NCBI GenBank assembly: GCA_004431415.1
Contig: QPMI01000605.1
Location: 25,767-89,766 of the forward strand
Direction: 5' to 3'
Length of the DNA: 64,000 nt
Origin: Cyanophora paradoxa CCMP329
Lineage: Eukaryota > Plantae > Glaucophyta
Part shown: positions 30,401 to 44,877 of the stretch, one piece after another
How the letters are laid out: each line of letters opens with the position of its first letter
Position numbering within the stretch: position 1 is the stretch's first letter
Notes under the pieces: generated by a model
The model's database searches: none
What the model saw: the letters and a program-made list of their open reading frames with translations, nothing else
What the model was told of the DNA's origin: nothing
Translations under genes and position numbers: made by a program

Positions 30401-33400
30401 CCTGCTAAATAATTTCCGTATCGACACTCCTCAAGGCAGAATTATTAATTCTTCCTCGACACGGACGCGATTGCCGCAAATAACACAGCTACTCTAACCC
30501 CCACAGACCTCTCTAGATCCATTTTTAGCGTCCTGACTCCCCTAAGACGACCGCTCTCCCGTGGGCGTCGCACGGATCTTGTCTCAAACCCAAAAACCGA
30601 CGATGTAAATTCCTTTTTTAACCTTTTTTTCCACTCGAGATCCCCCCTGCTAAATAATTTCCGTGTCGCACTCCCTCGAGGCAGAATTATTAATTCTGCC
30701 TCGACACGGACGCGATTGCTGCGAGTCACTCACCCACCCGAACCCCCACAGACCTCTCTAGATCCATTTTTAGCGTCCTGGCTCCCCTAAGACGACCGCT
30801 CCCCCGTGGGCGTCGCGCGAATATCGAATTTCCCTCTGGATCAATTCCAGTACTTAACCTCCGACAAACGCAGTCCGACTCAGAAGGTGGGATCCGGTCC
30901 CGCCCGGTCCCGCGACGAAACCGCGCCACGGACGCCCCAGAACGATACAGAATGACGCGCGAGGGCGAGCGCATCACCGCAAGGTCGATTTCGGGCGCCG
31001 TCGACGCTCCAGTGCGAAGAGTCGGCCGAAAATTTGATCCGGCCGGTTCCGCCCGGTCTCGCGACGCGCGCAATCGATGCGTACTGGCGCGCATAGACAT
31101 AGCAGGGCCTGCGCACCCCCGAAATCCGCTTTTCGGAGCCGCAACAGCGCAGGAAGGTACCCGATGACAAAAATTCGATCCTGCACGGGCCCGGACATCT
31201 TTCCGCGCGCCCACGCTGCGGCGCATGCGCGGAACGATAGCATAAGCATTTAAGATGTAGAAGAAGACTTCCGCACGGTCTCTAAATGCGCCGGGCCGCG
31301 GGGACCCAGCCAACCCCGAAAATTCGATCCTGTACGGACCTGAACATCTTTCCGCGCGCCCTCGCATTCTCGCGCATGCGCATCGCTACAATATTCATTT
31401 GAGATTTTATCAAAGCCTTCCACAATCGAAGACGCGAAAGAGGACGAGAACCCAGCCGACGGCAAAAATTCGATCCTGCACGGACCCGGACATCTTTCCG
31501 CGCGCCCACGCCGCGGCGCATGCGCGGAACAATAGCATAAGCATCTGAGATGTAGAGCAAGCGTTTCGCACGCTTTACTGATGTGCCGGGCCGCGAGGGC
31601 CCAGCCGACCCCGAAAATTCGATCCTGGACGGACCTGAACATCTTTCCGCGCGCCCTCGCATCCTCGCGCATGCGCATCGCTACAATATTCATTTGAGAT
31701 TTTATTAAAGCTTTTCGCAAGCTCTGCGGACGCGACAAGGCGCGGCAATCCAGCCGACGCAAAAATTCGATCCTGAACGGGCCTGCACAGCTTTCCGCGC
31801 GCCCTCGCCTCCGCAGCCCTGCACATCGATGCTATATCCTTTCGACGTCCTGTTTAAGCGATGCGCAAGCTCTGTGCATGCGCCTGGCCGCGAGAACCTC
31901 GCCCCTCCCGGCCGCGGGCCTCCTTCCCAATAATATTATATAATTAATCTCCTCTCAAACTGCTCCACCCTTAATTTATTTCCTCAGCACATTAATATTC
32001 CTCTAGCCGGCCAGGGCTAGCTGGACTGGCCGTCAGCGAGCCAGCTTCCAGCCAGAAAGCTGTTCGCGATCGGCCAGGCCGCTGGCCACACTGGCCAGTG
32101 CCCAGGTGTGCCCTATAGGCTACTGTGACAGCCGCGAGGGCGTCCGCGAGGCTTCGCCGTACTTAGTGCTCCGCAGGAGCACGGATCTTGTCCGTAGATC
32201 GATGGTGAACGTGCCCATTTATTTTTTTTCCAATCGAGTCCGATTCGTCCGAGCGTCCAGATTCGCAACCTCCGCAATGAAGGCGAACGGTCTCGCATGT
32301 AACACAGTACCCCACGAACGTTACATAGACGTGACATTTATTTTTGGACTCGAGACTCCCCTAAGACGATCGCTCTCCCGTGGGCGTCGCACGAAAATCG
32401 CATTTCCGTCCCCTAAGACGATCGCTCTCCCGTGGGCGTCGCACGAAAATCGCATTTCCGTCCTAGATCGATTACGGTATTTATACCCCGGTTCGATCGC
32501 GAAATTCCAAAAAGTGGGACCCGGTCCCGCCCGGTCCCGCGACGAAAGCGCGCCAGGGACGCTCCAGACCAATGCCATGATGCAGAGTGACAGAGCAGGG
32601 CGTACGCACCGCTGCAAGCTCGATTTCGGCCGCCGACGATGCTCCAGTCCGACGGTCGAAAGAGTCGGCCAAACTTTCGATCCTGCCGGTTCCGTCCGGT
32701 CCTGCGGCGCACGCAATCGATGCGTACTGGCGCGCATAGACATAGCAGGGCCTGCGCACTCCAGATATCCGCTTTTCGGAGCCGGAACAGCGCAGGAAGG
32801 TACCCGATGGCGAAAATTCGATCCTGCACAGTCCCGGACATCTTTCCGCGCGCCCACGCCGTGGCGCATGCACGGATCAATAGCATATGTATTTTAGATG
32901 TAGAAGAAGCCTTCCGCGCGCTTTACAGATGTGCCGGACCGCAAGGACCCAGCCGACCCCCAAAATTCGATCCTCGACGGGCCTGAGCATCTTTCCGCAC
33001 GCCCTCGCGTCCTCACCCATGCCCCTCGCTACAGTATTTATTTAACATCATTTCAAAGCGTTTCGCAAGCTGTGCGGATGCGACGGAGCACGAGAACCCA
33101 GCCGACGCCAAATTTTCGATCCTGGACATGCTTGCATGTATTTTCGCGCGCCCTCGCCTCCGTAGCCCTGCACCGTGGCACAAGCTCCTCTACGCATTCG
33201 AGATTCTGTTTAAGCGATTCACAAGCTCTACGCATGCGCCTGGCCGCGAGATTCTTAAAACTCCCCTCAACACTCTCCTGTCAATTTCCTCAGCGCCTCC
33301 AGGTCAACTACAGCTAGCTGATTGGCAGCACCATCCCTCCCCCCATTATATGCTCTCAGCCCCAGCAATATTAATTCCCCTAATTACATAATTATATTCT

Positions 33401-36400
33401 CTGCATGAGGAAAACTCCTCTCAGGACAACTCCTCCCCTAATTATATTCCCTCTCAGGATCCCTCCCCTCCCCTTTAATTGCATCCCACCACCAGGCCCC
33501 GCGTGCACCCTACCCCACCCAGCCACCGAGAGCCACGACGGCCCGCGATAAATAAGGGGACCGGGACGGGGACCGTGGCCACTCATGAAAAAATTTGGCA
33601 CGGGGAGGGATGGGCCGCGACGGGCCGCGATGAATAAGGGGGACGCGAAGGGGCAGCGGAGGCTTCGCCCGATGTTTGGGACCCGCAGGGGCCCAGGGCT
33701 TGTCGGGCGAAGCCTCTTCGGGCGAAGCCTCTTCCGTAGGTCGATGGTGAACGCCCGATTCTATTTTTTTTCCAATCGAGACCGATTGGTCCGAGCGTCC
33801 AGATTTGCGACCTCCGCAATGAAGGCGAACGGTCTCCGACGTCACACAGAGTTACACGGCTCCATTGATCTATTTTCGCACTCATAGCTCCCCTAGAATT
33901 TACCCAAGACGACCGCTCTCCCGTGGGCGTCGCGCGAAAATCGAAATCCCTCCTGGATCGATTCCGGTATTTATACCACGGTTCGATCGCGAAACTCCAA
34001 AAAGTGGGACCCTTAGATAGCAGGGCCTGCGCATCCCACATATCCGCTTTTCGGAGCCGGGCCAGCTTAGGAAGGAGCTCGATGGCGAAAATTCGATCCT
34101 GCACAGCCCCGGACATCTTTCCGCGTGCCGACGCCGCGGCGCATGCACGGATCAATAGCATATGCATTTGAGATGTATACAAAGCCTTCCGCGCGCTTTA
34201 CAGATGCGCCGGACCGCGAGGACCCAGCCGACCCCCAAAATTCGATCCTCGACGGGCCTGAGTATCTTTCCGCACGCCCTCGCGTCCTCACCCATGCCCC
34301 TCGCTACAGTATTTATAAAACATCTTTTCAAAGCGTTTCGCAAGCTCTGCGGACGCGACGGAGCACGACAACCCAACCGACACCAAATTTCCCATCCTGG
34401 ACAGGCCTGCATGTATTTTCGCGCGCCCTCGCCTCCGTAGCCCTGCACATCGATCCTCTACCGTAGTACGCATTCGAGATTCTGTTTAAGCGATTCCCAA
34501 ACTCTACGCATGCGCCTGGCCGCGAGATTCTCAATCCTCCCCTCAACACTCTCCTGTCAATTTCCTCAGCGCCTCCAGGTCAACTACAGCTAGCTGATTG
34601 GCAGCACCATCCCTCCCCCCATTATATGCTCTCAGCCCCAGCAATATTAATTCCCCTAATTACATAATTATATTCTCTGCATGAGGAAAACTCCTCTCAG
34701 GACAACTCCTCCCCTAATTATATTCCCTCTCAGGATCCCTCCCCTCCCCTTTAATTGCATCCCACCACCAGGCCCCGCGTGCACCCTACCCCACCCAGCC
34801 ACCGAGAGCCACGACGGCCCGCGATAAATAAGGGGACCGGGACGGGGACCGTGGCCACTCATGAAAAAATTTGGCACGGGGAGGGATGGGCCGCGACGGG
34901 CCGCGATGAATAAGGGGGACGCGAAGGGGGCAGCGGAGGCTTCGCCCGATGTTTGGGACCCGCAGGGGCCCAGGGCTTGTCGGGCGAAGCCTCTTCGGGC
35001 GAAGCCTCTTCCGTAGGTCGATGGTGAACGCCCGATTCTATTTTTTTTCCAATCGAGACCGATTGGTCCGAGCGTCCAGATTTGCGACCTCCGCAATGAA
35101 GGCGAACGGTCTCCGACGTCACACAGAGTTACACGGCTCCATTGATCTATTTTCGCACTCATAGCTCCCCTAGAATTTACCCAAGACGACCGCTCTCCCG
35201 TGGGCGTCGCGCGAAAATCGAAATCCCTCCTGGATCGATTCCGGTATTTATACCACGGTTCGATCGCGAAACTCCAAAAAGTGGGACCCTTAGATAGCAG
35301 GGCCTGCGCATCCCACATATCCGCTTTTCGGAGCCGGGCCAGCTTAGGAAGGAGCTCGATGGCGAAAATTCGATCCTGCACAGCCCCGGACATCTTTCCG
35401 CGTGCCGACGCCGCGGCGCATGCACGGATCAATAGCATATGCATTTGAGATGTATACAAAGCCTTCCGCGCGCTTTACAGATGCGCCGGACCGCGAGGAC
35501 CCAGCCGACCCCCAAAATTCGATCCTCGACGGGCCTGAGTATCTTTCCGCACGCCCTCGCGTCCTCACCCATGCCCCTCGCTACAGTATTTATAAAACAT
35601 CTTTTCAAAGCGTTTCGCAAGCTCTGCGGACGCGACGGAGCACGACAACCCAACCGACACCAAATTTCCCATCCTGGACAGGCCTGCATGTATTTTCGCG
35701 CGCCCTCGCCTCCGTAGCCCTGCACATCGATCCTCTACGCATTCGAGATTCTGTTTAAGCGATTCCCAAACTCTACCCATGCGCCTGGCCGCGAGATTCT
35801 CCATCCTCCCCTCAACACTCTCCTGTCAATTTCCTCAGCGCCCCCAGGTCAACTACAGCTAGCTGATTGTCAGCACCATCCCTCCCCTCATTATATTCTC
35901 TCAGCCCCAGCAATATTAATTCCCCTAACTACATAATCATATTCTCTGAGCACAACTCCTCTCAGGACAACTCCTCACCTTATTATATTCCCTCTCAGGA
36001 TCCCTCCCCTCCCCTTTAATTTCATCGCCCCGCCAGGCCCCACCCTACCCCACGCGGCCCAGCCACGACGGCCTGCGATAAATAAGGGGACCGGGACGGG
36101 GACCGCGGTGACTCATGAAATAAATACGGGCGGGGCCGCGACGGGCCGCGATGAACAAGGGGGGCGCAAGAGGGGCTGCTGAGGCTTCGCCCGATGTTTG
36201 GGACCCGCAGGGGCCCAGGGCTTGTCCGTAGGTCGATGGTGAACGCCCGATTCTATTTTTTTTCCAATCGAGTCCGATTGGTCCGAGCGTCCAGATTCGC
36301 AACCTCCGCAATGAAGGCGAACGGTCTCCGACGTCACACAGTAGAACTTTCGCGCGGCCAGCCTCCAGTGATTTAATTTCGGACTCTTGACTCCCCTCGT

Positions 36401-39400
36401 TGCGCGTCGCGCGAAAATCGAATTTTCCTCATGGATCGATTCCGGTATTTATACCCCGGTTCGATCGCGAAACTCCAAAAAGTGGGACCCGGTCTCGCCC
36501 AGTCCCGCGACGAAAGCACGCCGGGGACGCCCCAGAGGAGTACAGAATGACAGAGCAGGGCGCGCGCACCGCTGCAAGCTCGATTTCGGCCGCCGTCGAT
36601 GCTCCAGTCCGCGAAATTTTGATACCCGATCCCGTCCGGTCCCACGGCGCGCGCAGTCGACGCGTACTGGCGCGCATAGACACAGTAGCACCTGCACACT
36701 TCAGATATCCGCTTTTCGGAGCCGGAAGAGCGCAAGAAGGTACCCGGCGGCGAAAATTCGATCCTGCACAGCCCTGGGCATCTTTCCGCGCGCCCACGCC
36801 GCGGCGCATGTGCGGAACAATAGCATAAGCATTTAAAATGCAAACGAAGCATTCTGCACGCTTTACAGATGCGCCGAGCCGCGAGGACCCAGCCGACCCC
36901 CAAAATTCGATCCCTGACGAGCCTGAGCATCTTTCCGCGCACCCTCGCATCCGCACTGCGGCACCCATGCCCATCGCTACAGTAATCATTTGAGCTCTTT
37001 TCAAAGCCTTTTCCAAGCTCTGTGCCGGCGAGAGAGCACCAGAACCCAGCCGACGCCAAATTTTCGATCCTGCACAGGCCTACACATATTTCTGCCCGCC
37101 CTCGCCTCTGCAGCTCTGCACCTGGACATCGATGGTGTATGCATCCGAGATTCTGCTCAAGCGATTCATAAGCTCTGCGCATGCGCCTGGCCGCGAGATT
37201 CTCAGTCCTCCCCTCGACACTCTCCTGTCAATTTCCTCCGCGCCTCCGAGGCTCCAGGTCAACAACATCTAGCTGATTGGCAGCACCACCCCTCCCCTCA
37301 TTATATTCTCTCAGCCCCAGCAACATTAATTCCCCTAATTACATAATCATATTCTCTGAGCACATCTCCTCTCAGAACAACTCCTCCCCTAATTATATTC
37401 CCTCTCAGGATCCCTCCCCTCCGCGGCCGCCAGGCCCCACCATACCCCACGTGCACCCAGCCACCGAGAGCCACGACGGCCCGCGATAAATAAGGGGACC
37501 GGGACGGGGACTGTGGCGACTCATGATTTAAATGGGGCAAAGGGAGGGGCGGGCCGCGACGGGCCGCGATGAACAAGGGGGACGCGAAGGGTGCGACGGA
37601 GGCTTCGCCCGATGTTTGGGACCCGCAGGGGCCCAGGGCTTGTCGGGCGAAGCCTCTTCGGGCGAAGCCTCTTCCGTTGATCAATGGTGAACGTTTCCAT
37701 TTATTTTTTTTCCACTCGAGTCCGATTCGTCCGAGCGTCCAGATTCGCGACCTCCGCAATGAAGGCGAACGGTCTCCGACGTGACATAGACGTGACTGGT
37801 ACCCGGCGAACCCCTCTCCCATCAGCGTCGCGCGATAATCGATTTCCCTCATGGATCGATTCCGGTATTTATACCCCGGTTCGATCACGAAACTCCAAAA
37901 AGTGGGACCCGGTCCCGCGGCGAAAGCGCGCCACGGACGCCCCAGAGCGGTCACAATGACAGCCAAGACCACGCGCATCGCTGCAAGCTCGATTTCGGCC
38001 GCCATCGACGCTCCAGTGCGAAGAGTCGGCCGAAAATCTGATCCTGCCAGTTCCGTCCGGTCCCGCAGCGCGCGCATTCGATGCGTACTGGCGCGCATAG
38101 ACATAGCAGGGCCTGCGCACTCCAGATATCCGCTTTTCGGAGCCGGAACAGCGCAGGAAGGTGCCCGACGTCAAAAATTCGATCCTGCGCAGCCCCGGGC
38201 AACTTTCCGCGCGCCCAGGCCGCGGCGCATGCGCGGAACGATAGCATAAGCATTTGAGATGTAGAAGAAGACTTCCGCACAGTCTCTAAATGCGCCGGGC
38301 CGCGAGGACCCAGCCGACCCCGAAAATTCGATCCTGGACGGACCTGCACATCTTTCCGCGCGCCCTCGCGTCCTCACCCATGCCCATCGCTAGAGTATTC
38401 ATTTGAGATCTAAACGAAGCCTTCCGCAAGCTCTGTGGCCGCGACAGAGCACGAGAACCCAGCCGACGCCAAATTTTCGATCCTGGACAGGCCTGCACAT
38501 ATTTCCGCGCGCCCTCGCCTCCGCAGCCCTGGACATCGATCCTGTATGCATTCGAGACTCTGTTTAAGCGATTCGCAAGCTCTGCGCATGCGCCTGGCCG
38601 CGAGAACCTCGCCCGTCCCCTCAACAATCTCCTTCAATTCCCTCAGGGCCTCGAGCTCGGGCGAAGCCTCTTCCGTTGATCGATGGTGAACGTTTCCATT
38701 TATTTTTTTTCCACTCGAGTCCGATTCGTCCGAGCGTCCAGATTCGCGACCTCCGCAATGAAGGCGAACGGTCTCCGACGTGACATAGACGTGACTGGTA
38801 CCCGGCGAACCCCTCTCCCATCAGCGTCGCGCGATAATCGATTTCCCTCATGGATCGATTCCGGTATTTATACCCCGGTTCGATCACGAAACTCCAAAAA
38901 GTGGGACCCGGTCCCGCGACGAAAGCGCGCCACGGACGCCCCAGAGCGGTCACAATGACAGCCAAGACCACGCGCATCGCGGCAAGCTCGATTTCGGCCG
39001 CGGCCGACGCTCCAGTCGAAAGAGTCGGCCGAAATTTTGATCCTGCCGGTCCCTCCCGGTCCCCCGGCGCGCGCGTTCGATGCATACTGGCGCGCATAGA
39101 CATAGCAGGGCCTGCGCACTCCAGATATCCGCTTTTCGGAGCCGGAACAGCGCAGGAAGGTGCCCGACGTCAAAAATTCGATCCTGCGCAGCCCCGGGCA
39201 ACTTTCCGCGCGCCCAGGCCGCGGCGCATGCGCGGAACGATAGCATAAGCATTTGAGATGTAGAAGAAGACTTCCGCACAGTCTCTAAATGCGCCGGGCC
39301 GCGAGGACCCAGCCGACCCCGAAAATTCGATCCTGGACGGACCTGCACATCTTTCCGCGCGCCCTCGCGTCCTCACCCATGCCCATCGCTAGAGTATTCA

Positions 39401-41960
39401 TTTGAGATCTAAACGAAGCCTTCCGCAAGCTCTGTGGCCGCGACAGAGCACGAGAACCCAGCCGACGCCAAATTTTCGATCCTGGACAGGCCTGCACATA
39501 TTTCCGCGCGCCCTCACCTCCGCAGCCCTGGACATCGATCCTGTATGCATTCGAGACTCTGTTTAAGCGATTCGCAAGCTCTGCGCATGCGCCTGGCCGC
39601 GAGAACCTCGCCCGTCCCCTCAACAATCTCCTTCAATTCCCTCAGGGCCTCGAGCTCAACTACAGCTAGCTGATTGGCGGCACCACTCCTCCCCTCATTA
39701 TATTCTCTCTCAGCTGCAGCGATTCTCCTAATTACAAAATTATATTCTCTCCCGGCTTACAACTCCTCTCAGGACAACTTCGAATTCTCCCATAATTATA
39801 TCCCCTCTCAGCAGCCCTCGCCTCCCCTCTCCTTGCCCCACCGACCCAGCAACAGCCACGACGGGCCGCGATGATTGAGACTCTGTTTAAGCGATTTATA
39901 AGCTCTGCGCATGCGCCTGGCCGCGAGAACCTCGCCCCTCCCCTCAACAATCTCCTCTCAATTTCCTCAGGGCCTCGAGCTCAACTACAGCTAGCTGATT
40001 GGCAGCACCACTCCTCCCCTCATTATATTCTCGCTCGGCTGCAGCAATTCTCATAAACACAAAATTATATTCTCTCCCGACAATTAACTCCTCTCAGGAC
40101 AATTTCGAATTCTCCCATAATTATATCCCCTCTCAGCAGCCCTCCCCTCCCCTCTCCCTGCCCCGCCGACCCATTGACAGCCGCGACGGGCTGCGATGAT
40201 AAAGGGGGGCGCGAGGTGGGCTGCTGAGGCTTCGCCCGATGTTTGGGACCCGCAGGGGCCCAGGGCTTGTCCGTAGGTCGATGGTGAACGCCCGATTCTA
40301 TTTGTTTTCCAATCGAGTCCGATTGGTCCGAGCGTCCAGATTCGCGACCTCCGCAATGAAGGCGAACGGTCTCCGACGTCACACAGTAGAACTTTCGGGC
40401 GGCCAACCTCCACTGATTTATTTTCGGAGTCATAGCTCCCCTAGAATTCGTCGAAGACGACCGCTCTCCCGTGGGCGTCGCGCGAAAATCGAAATCCCTC
40501 CTGGATCGATTCCGGTATTTATACCACGGTTCGATCGCAAAACCGCAAAAAGTGGGACCTGGTCCCGCCCGGTCCCGCGACGAAAGCCCGCCACAGACGC
40601 CCCAGAGCGATGCAGAATGACAGCCGAGGGCGCGCGCACCGCTGCAAGCTCGATTTCGGCCGCCGTCGACGCTCCAGTGCGAAGACTCGGCCGAAATTTT
40701 GATCCAGCCGGTTCCGTCCGGTCCCCCGACGCGCGCAATCGATGCGTACGGGCGAGCATAGACATAGCAGGGCGTGCGCATCCCAGATATCCGCTTTTCG
40801 GAGCCGGGCCAGCTCAGGAAGGTACCCGATGGCGAAAATTCGATCCTGCACAGCCCCGGACATCTTTCCGCGCGCCGACGCCGCGGCGCATGCACAGATC
40901 AATAGCATATGCATTTGAGATGTATACAAAGCCTTCCGCGCGTTTTACAGATGCGCCGGACCGCGAGGACCCAGCCGACCCCCAAAATTCGATCCTGGAC
41001 GGACCTGCGCATCTTTCCACACGCCCTCGCGTCCTCACCCATGCCCATCGCTAGAGTATTCATTTCAGATCTAGACGAAGCCTTTCGCAAGCTCTGCGGA
41101 CGCGACGGAGCACGACAACCCAACCGACGCCAAATTTCCCATCCTGGACAGGCCTGCATGTATTTCGCGCGCCCTCGCCTCCGTAGCCCTGCACATCGAT
41201 CCTCTACCGTAGTACGCATTCGAGATTCTGTTTAAGCGATTCCCAAACTCTACGCATGCGCCTGGCCGCGAGATTCTCAATCCTCCCCTCAACACTCTCC
41301 TGTCAATTTCCTCAGCGCCTCCAGCTCAACTACACAGCTCAACAGCTAGCTGCATGCTGATTGGCACTGCGGCAGCACCACCCCTCCCCTCATTATATTC
41401 TCTCAGCCCCAGCAATATTAATTCCCCTAATTACATAATTATATCCTCTCAGCACATCTCCTCTCAGGACAACTTCCCCTAATTATATTCCCTCTCAGGA
41501 TCCCTCCCCTCCGCCAGGCCCCACCCTACCCCACCCAGCCACCGAGATCCACGATCGACGGCCCGCGATAAATAAGGGGACCGGGACGGGGACCGCGGCG
41601 ACTCATATGATATGATTTAAATACGGGCGGGGCCGCGACGGGCAGCGATGAAAAAGGGGGGCGCAAAGGGGGCGGCAAGGGCTTCGCCCGATGTTTGGGA
41701 CCCGCAGGGGCCCAGGGCTTGTCGGGCGAAGCCTCTTCCGTAGGTCGATGGTGAACGCCCGATTCTATTTTTTTTCCACTCGAGTCCGATTCGTCCGAGC
41801 GTCCAGATTCGCGACCTCCGCAATGAAGGCGAACGGTCTCCGACGTCACACAGAGTTACACGGCTCCATTGATCTATTTTCGCACTCATAGCTCCCCTAG
41901 AATTTACCCAAGACGATCGCTCTCCCGTGGGCATCGCGCGAAAATCGAATTTCCCTCACG

Positions 41961-44877
41961 CACTGCACGCCAAGCCCCTCAGAAATCTGCGACTTGGAGA
42001 ACGAAGCGAGGTGTACCCCAAATCTTTGTTGACCAGCCGCGGCCGGAAGCCGGCGTGAGCGCCGGGGGCGCTGCGCTCGCAGTAGTAGTATCGGAGAGCC
42101 CACCACAGCACTTCGAGCGCCTGGCCGGGCGATTTCGGGCCACTCGGGGTCGGTTCCCGTCCCGGGCCGCCCCGTGCCCCCTTTTTCGAGCCAGCAGCGT
42201 CTGGAACGACTAGTGAGGTTCTAAAAAGAGTGGTTCCTCGTTAAGAACGCCCGCCCGCGCCGCCTGCGGCCCGTGACCCGCTCCGCCTCGTCAGCAGAGA
42301 CCGCGCCTTCGTCGGGCTACAGGGTGGTGCCGGAGCATCGTCAACCGTCCAAGGATGCCATCAACCGCTCTCGGAACGCGGAGAAGGGCGCCGACGCCAC
42401 GTATTCCACACAAGATCAACGAGAGCTCGCTCGGGCACGCGGGAGATTCAAGCTTCCTCCTTTGACTCCGCAGAACGAGGGGCGAGCGCCCAAGACTAGG
42501 CACCTGGTATGCCCTTCTTTCGTTCTGTGCTATCCACGCCCGCCGCGCACCGGCGTCGCCCGCCGCGCCGCGGATCTTCTGACCGACCCCCCACGCGTCG
42601 CAGCTAGCGCGGTCCAACCGCCGAGCTCCGGCGCCCCGGTGGCGGCTCCCGGTCACGCCGGTGCGCATCCCTCGCCGCTCGCTTCGTCTCAGACGCATCC
42701 GCGCTGACTTTCCGACCGTCTAGAACTGCCGGTGAAGCTGGCTAATCGTCCAGGAAGCTCAGGAGCGACCACCGAGAACGAGGTGAGGGCCCCGCGCTTG
42801 CCCGCCACGGCGCCCGCCCGCCACCGCGCCGCTGAACGGTTTCCGCGCAGCAAAAGGAGCCGAAAAGGGGCTTTCGTTCTCGATAGAAGCGCCTGAGCGC
42901 CGGCAGCAGCAACTGGAGCAGCGAGCGCTCTTGGAGATCGGTGCGCCTGCCTGCGCCGCGCGCGCACGCCCGCCCGCCCAGTGCGCCCGCTGATGTCGCC
43001 ACCCGCAGCTCTTGCGCAGAGCGATGAGGCTCCGTGCGGCGTAGGTGGCAGCAGCGGATTCGAGAGGGGCAGCTAGACTGCACCACCACCTTAGCGGGGC
43101 TGCATCCCCCCCCTCCTCTGCGGCCCTCCCGGACTGCGGCCCCCTGCGCCCCGCCTTCTCTCTCTGTTCAGCGCTCTGTCGGTAGAGCGCCAGTAGCTCG
43201 CCAGCGTCCTGAGATCTTGATAATGAGATCGTGATTCTCGAGAAACCTGCCCCGCCTGCGCCGTCTGGGCCAGCGAGCGCTCTGTTAAGCATGCAGAATG
43301 CTGTAAATGCATATGCATATACATGATGTATATCTCGCTTCCCGGGCGCTGTATGCAACCGGGCGGGCGAGAATCGTCCTGGGGGCATGTGGGGCCCCAA
43401 GTTGCAGTGGATTTTGAATTCGGGTCCAGGCTTAAATCGGCGGCCTTCGGTACCACCACCATCGTCTTCAGCACCCTCGAAAACCCCCGGGGACGTGAAA
43501 TCACCGCTGCTGAGTGAGTAGATGCTTCAATAAGGCATCATGAGCAGGTCGGTGTGGCATTTTGGAACTTGAAAACTAGAAAGTACCAGAGAGGGTCCTA
43601 CGAGTAAAGCTCGAAACACCGGTGGGGCCCAAAAACACTTCGGATCACCCTGTATCTTGGAGCAGTGATATAACTACCGTAGTACATGTGATAATGATTG
43701 TGGCTCAAAGAGCGGGCCGCTGGGGCCAGCCCGTCGCCCAGAAACTCACTAGCTCTCACTAGCTCACTGACTGTGATCAAGCGATCTCCGCTAAGGATGC
43801 ACCCCTCCGGGCCGCGATGCATACGCACATGCTCTATCAAGGTGTGCATCGATCTGCGCTAGCGGCGGCCCAGCGCACCCTTGCTGTGTGGAGCGAAATC
43901 AAATCGCGCAGGTGCCCCCACCCCAAGCCTTCTGGAGAAGCAGGCGATCTCCGCTGCGGATGCATGCGCCGGGGCCGCGCTCCAGCTGCGCATGCTCTTT
44001 TAAATTGTGCATCGATCTGCGTTAGCGTCGGCCCGGCGGCCCTCGCAGTAAGCAGCGAAATCGAATCTCCCAGGTGCCACCCCCCCACTGGAGCAGGTGC
44101 CGCTGGCGGCGGGGGTGCGTGCCGCCGCCCGTACGCGGGCTCTGCGCGTGCTCTAGATGTCCCTAATGGCGCTAGACATCTCAGCCCGCACCGCCCCGCC
44201 GTCGCAGCCATGCCATCTGGAACCGCATGACATGCTTGATTGCACACGAGCGTGCATCTGCCTGAGGCGCGGCAGGACACGCAGGCGGGGCGTTCGCGGG
44301 CCTAAGCGATGCGGGCGAGCGGTGAGCGGCCTCCGCGACGGCTAAAGATGCCTCGGCGGCGCAGGGCCTGCGAGCGGCGGGTCGGTCAGGGCGCGGAGTG
44401 TGCGAGCTCAAGGGGGGCCGCGCAGGGCTTCACCACGCACTCATTAGTGATGCCTGCACTAGCTATGATCGGCACGATCGATGCGAGGCTCGCGGCGGGC
44501 GGCCGGCCGGCCCCGCGGGCGGCCGAAGGTGCTCGTCGCCTGCCGACGGTCCGAAGCTCACACGGCTCGCCCGGGGACGCGGCAAGGTGCGATCCCGACC
44601 TTATCTAACACGCTGAGAACGTTGGTCGCGCTTGCGAGCGACCTGGCTGCGCGAAAGTCACAAGACGGGGCACGCGAGATGGGTCGCGCGCCGCGAGCTA
44701 GCGAAAAGCCGTCACAGGTGCTGCCACTATGCTACCAGGGGCTAGGAGCGCGTCGGCGGGCCGCGCAGAGCGCTGCTGTCGGCGAGAGGCGGACCTCAGG
44801 CGGTGCTTGTGTATCACAAGCCGGCTAGTTGCAACGTTTTGAGCAGAGAATTTTTTCCGGCCCGGCGGCGAGCAATG
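41961..44877. mobile_element. Non-autonomous CACTA/EnSpm-like DNA transposon (2,917 bp) inserted in the satellite
   Basis: Ends CACTGCACGCC...GGCGAGCAATG (9/11 inverted match) with an ACG duplication at 41958-60 and 44878-80. The empty site TTCCCTCACGGATCGATTCCGG is present in a sister unit at ~50082-50103. No transposase recognised. Confidence 0.8.
43781..44090 (+). repeat. Diverged ~163-bp tandem duplication inside the CACTA-like element
   Basis: GCGATCTCCGCT..GGATGCA...TGTGCATCGATCTGCG.TAGCG...AGCGAAATC.AATC...CAGGTGCC occurs twice. Confidence 0.7.
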
